A stretch of DNA of 6,301 bases from Candidatus Iainarchaeum sp. (lineage in GTDB: Archaea; Iainarchaeota; Iainarchaeia; Iainarchaeales; CSSED10-239), in the NCBI GenBank assembly GCA_028700905.1, contig JAQVRT010000039.1, positions 1-6,301 on the forward strand, written 5' to 3'. A program made the position numbers and the translations under genes. The notes under the pieces were generated by a model. It was not told the origin of the DNA. It did no database searches and saw nothing but the letters and a program-made list of their open reading frames with translations. Numbering within the stretch: position 1 is the stretch's first letter; each line of letters starts with the position of its first letter. This document shows, piece after piece, positions 4,374-6,301 of the stretch.

Positions 4374-4386
4374 TATATATAATATA
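4374..4386 (-). promoter_or_regulatory. Candidate TATA box for tRNA-His
   Basis: The minus strand reads TATATTATATATA, 17-29 nt upstream of the tRNA 5' end. That spacing is appropriate for an archaeal TATA with a very short leader. Specificity is low in this AT-rich spacer. Confidence 0.3.
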
Positions 4387-4456
4387 GATTAAATATGTTT
4401 ATAAAGATTTCATATATAATATATTAGTAAAATATATTTAAAAATAAAGAATAATT

Positions 4457-4999
4457 ATGAAAAGACTAAATCAGAGAGGAGCTTCTGAAATTTTAAGTTA
4501 TATCTTAGTTATATTTATTATTGTTGCTGTTGTAGGACTTATTTATCAAGGAGTTGTTCCTGCAATTGAAAGAAATAATTCACAACAAAAATTTGAAGAA
4601 TCTAGAATGTATATTGAAGAAATTCAAGGAAAAATACAAGAAGTTTTAGAAAGTTCAAATGGATCTGTTGTCTCTTTTGTAATAGACCTTGATGATTTAA
4701 GTTTTGAAGCAGATTCTAATTTAGAAAAAATAGAAATATTTCATAATATTTCTGGAAATTATTATAAAGAAGGACAATTAATTAGAGAAGGAGAAGTTTA
4801 TACTTTTAGAGAATTTGAAAAATTAATTGTTGGTTTAGATATCAATGGAATAGATATAGAACAAGGAATATATCTTAATAATACAAAAACAATAGTTTAT
4901 ATTAAAAAAATAAGTAGAAATAAAATAAGTTTTTTAAGAGAAATTGATTCTTCTGAAAACTTACCACTTGCAGAAAAAGAAAGACCTATAATTGAGTAA
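4457..4999 (+). CDS. Archaeal type IV prepilin-like protein (class III signal peptide), paralog 1, 180 aa
   Basis: The N-terminus is MKRLNQRG|ASEILSYILVIFIIVAVVGLIY. It has a short basic leader, a (K/R)G|A prepilin-peptidase-type site, and an uninterrupted hydrophobic helix of about 20 aa, followed by a polar helical stretch and a strand-rich body. No bacterial-type F1/E5 is present. It is the first of three coupled genes. Confidence 0.8.
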   Translation: MKRLNQRGASEILSYILVIFIIVAVVGLIYQGVVPAIERNNSQQKFEESRMYIEEIQGKIQEVLESSNGSVVSFVIDLDDLSFEADSNLEKIEIFHNISGNYYKEGQLIREGEVYTFREFEKLIVGLDINGIDIEQGIYLNNTKTIVYIKKISRNKISFLREIDSSENLPLAEKERPIIE

Positions 5000-5001
5000 A
5001 T

Positions 5002-5532
5002 ATGTTTTTAAGAAAAGAAAAAGGAGCAGCAAATTTATTTTCATACTTTCTATATATATTTGTAAGTATAGCCATTCTTTCAAGCATACTTTATATGGTG
5101 CAAGATACTATTGAAAAAAATCAAGAAAAATATAATTTTGATCAAATGATTGAGAACATAGACCTAATTTCAAATACTTTTCAAGAAGTTTCAAAATCTA
5201 GATTTTCAGCAAAAGAAATTACAATATACAATCCAGAAGTCTTAGAGATTGATTGTAACCAAAATGAAATCAGAGGAGAAATAATCTTTAACTCAGAGAT
5301 TAGAGATGATCAATTAGTTACAATAAAAGATATTGAAGTTAGTAAAGAATCAAATAGAGCATATTTTAAGAAAACAATAAACAATAATTCTCAAATAAAC
5401 ATAGATTGTAATTTAGTAAATTTAAATCAAGGACAAACAAATTATGTTTTTAGTTACCAAGATTATAATCTTGATGAAAATAAAATAATTATAGAAATAG
5501 AATTATTAGATTTTAATAAAAGTGAAGAATAA
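5002..5532 (+). CDS. Archaeal type IV prepilin-like protein (class III signal peptide), paralog 2, 176 aa
   Basis: The N-terminus is MFLRKEKG|AANLFSYFLYIFVSIAILSSILY. The ATG lies 2 nt after the upstream stop. The post-helix segment EKNQEKYNFDQMIENIDLISNTFQEV aligns with ERNNSQQKFEESRMYIEEIQGKIQEV of paralog 1. Confidence 0.8.
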   Translation: MFLRKEKGAANLFSYFLYIFVSIAILSSILYMVQDTIEKNQEKYNFDQMIENIDLISNTFQEVSKSRFSAKEITIYNPEVLEIDCNQNEIRGEIIFNSEIRDDQLVTIKDIEVSKESNRAYFKKTINNNSQINIDCNLVNLNQGQTNYVFSYQDYNLDENKIIIEIELLDFNKSEE

Positions 5533-6301
5533 TGAATCAAAAAGGAGTAACATCTTTATTTTCAGGAATAGCAATTCTTTTTGTAAGTATTATATTTTTA
5601 GGTATATTTATTTATTTTGCAATGAATTATTTTGGAACTTTAGAAGATTCACAAAGAATGAAAAACAACAGAGATAACTTAGCCTACATTAATGATATTT
5701 TAACAGATCTAAAAGATTCAGAAGTTGGAAGCTATAAAGAAGTTTATTTAGATTTAAGTGATCCAATTACAGTTGATAATAACTCAAGTAATCTTTATTT
5801 AAGACAAGAAATTAAAAATAAAAGAAGTATTGAAAATCTAAAAACACAAAGCCAAATAGGATCACTTATAATTAATAGACAAGAAACAAGTCTACTTTAT
5901 AATATTGATTATAACAATAACATTCTTTTTTATAATTATATAGATATTATGCCTGGACTTGAAGAATTAAGATTTAGTGTTGTGGATAAAAATAATAATA
6001 TTCCTATAATTGAGATACAAAGAATTGGAGATGAAATCTTAATTGAAGAAGTTGTAAATCAAAGTATTGTACTCTCAAACAATAATATTAATCAAGATTT
6101 AGTATTAACTAGTTATTTTATTGCATCAGATGCTGTTGATACAGAATATTTAAATAAAACTATATTTTTTGAAGAACCAATAACTATTGAAAAAAAAGAA
6201 ACTAAAGAAATAGAAGTTGTATGTGCTCCTGAAGAAAATTATATATTAAAATTAAATACAGATAAAGGGAGAGAAATTGTAAAACCTATTAAAACAAATA
6301 A
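5532..6301 (+). CDS. Archaeal type IV prepilin-like protein (class III signal peptide), larger paralog 3, 3'-truncated by the window end (more than 256 aa)
   Basis: It is absent from the ORF track because no stop is reached. I translated frame 5532 by hand and found no stop through 6301. Its ATG overlaps the upstream stop (TAATG at 5530-5534). The N-terminus is MNQKG|VTSLFSGIAILFVSIIFLGIFIYFAM, followed by LEDSQRMKNNRDNLAYINDILTDLKD, which aligns with the same post-helix segment of paralogs 1 and 2. Confidence 0.75.
   Translation, partial: MNQKGVTSLFSGIAILFVSIIFLGIFIYFAMNYFGTLEDSQRMKNNRDNLAYINDILTDLKDSEVGSYKEVYLDLSDPITVDNNSSNLYLRQEIKNKRSIENLKTQSQIGSLIINRQETSLLYNIDYNNNILFYNYIDIMPGLEELRFSVVDKNNNIPIIEIQRIGDEILIEEVVNQSIVLSNNNINQDLVLTSYFIASDAVDTEYLNKTIFFEEPITIEKKETKEIEVVCAPEENYILKLNTDKGREIVKPIKTN

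Noticed and set aside
4457-6301. Multiple N-x-S/T sequons in the prepilin-like proteins (for example NNS, NGS, NIS, NNT in paralog 1), read as evidence of N-glycosylation
   Set aside because: Asn, Ser and Thr are so abundant in this AT-rich proteome that sequons are expected by composition. They are not evidence on their own.
1-6301. CRISPR arrays, C/D-box sRNAs, riboswitch-like structures and tandem repeats
   Set aside because: I found no regularly spaced direct repeats of 20 nt or more, no convincing RUGAUGA...CUGA box pairs in intergenic spacers, and no GC-rich structured intergenic segments other than the two tRNAs.

Overview
This is a very AT-rich window whose signals point to an archaeon, probably a DPANN-type lineague. 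The evidence is class III (archaeal prepilin) signal peptides, AGGTG-type Shine-Dalgarno motifs, oligo-T tracts directly after stop codons, and a form II/III RuBisCO. This taxonomic call is an inference.

Layout, left to right:
- tRNA-Thr(GGU) on the minus strand.
- A divergent pair: a small Sec-secreted protein (-) and a two-TM membrane-anchored winged-helix DNA-binding protein (+).
- A co-directional minus-strand run of Hsp20/alpha-crystallin small heat-shock protein, RimJ/RimL-type GNAT acetyltransferase, and a full-length RuBisCO large subunit. The RuBisCO has intact catalytic residues and the 29-aa insertion typical of form II/III enzymes.
- tRNA-His(GUG) on the minus strand.
- A plus-strand operon of at least three tightly coupled, mutually paralogous prepilin-like genes. 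The third is not in the supplied ORF track because it runs off the window end.

No CRISPR array, transposase, integrase or rRNA is visible.

The most interesting items are:
- the uncharacterised coupled prepilin-like trio;
- the orphan form II/III RuBisCO, which has no AMP-salvage partner genes in the window, is visibly richer in G+C than its neighbours, and lies in a segment bracketed by two tRNAs;
- the secreted-protein / membrane-tethered wHTH divergent pair, which has phased direct repeats in its shared control region;
- two perfect palindromes sitting in the RuBisCO and hsp20 promoter regions.
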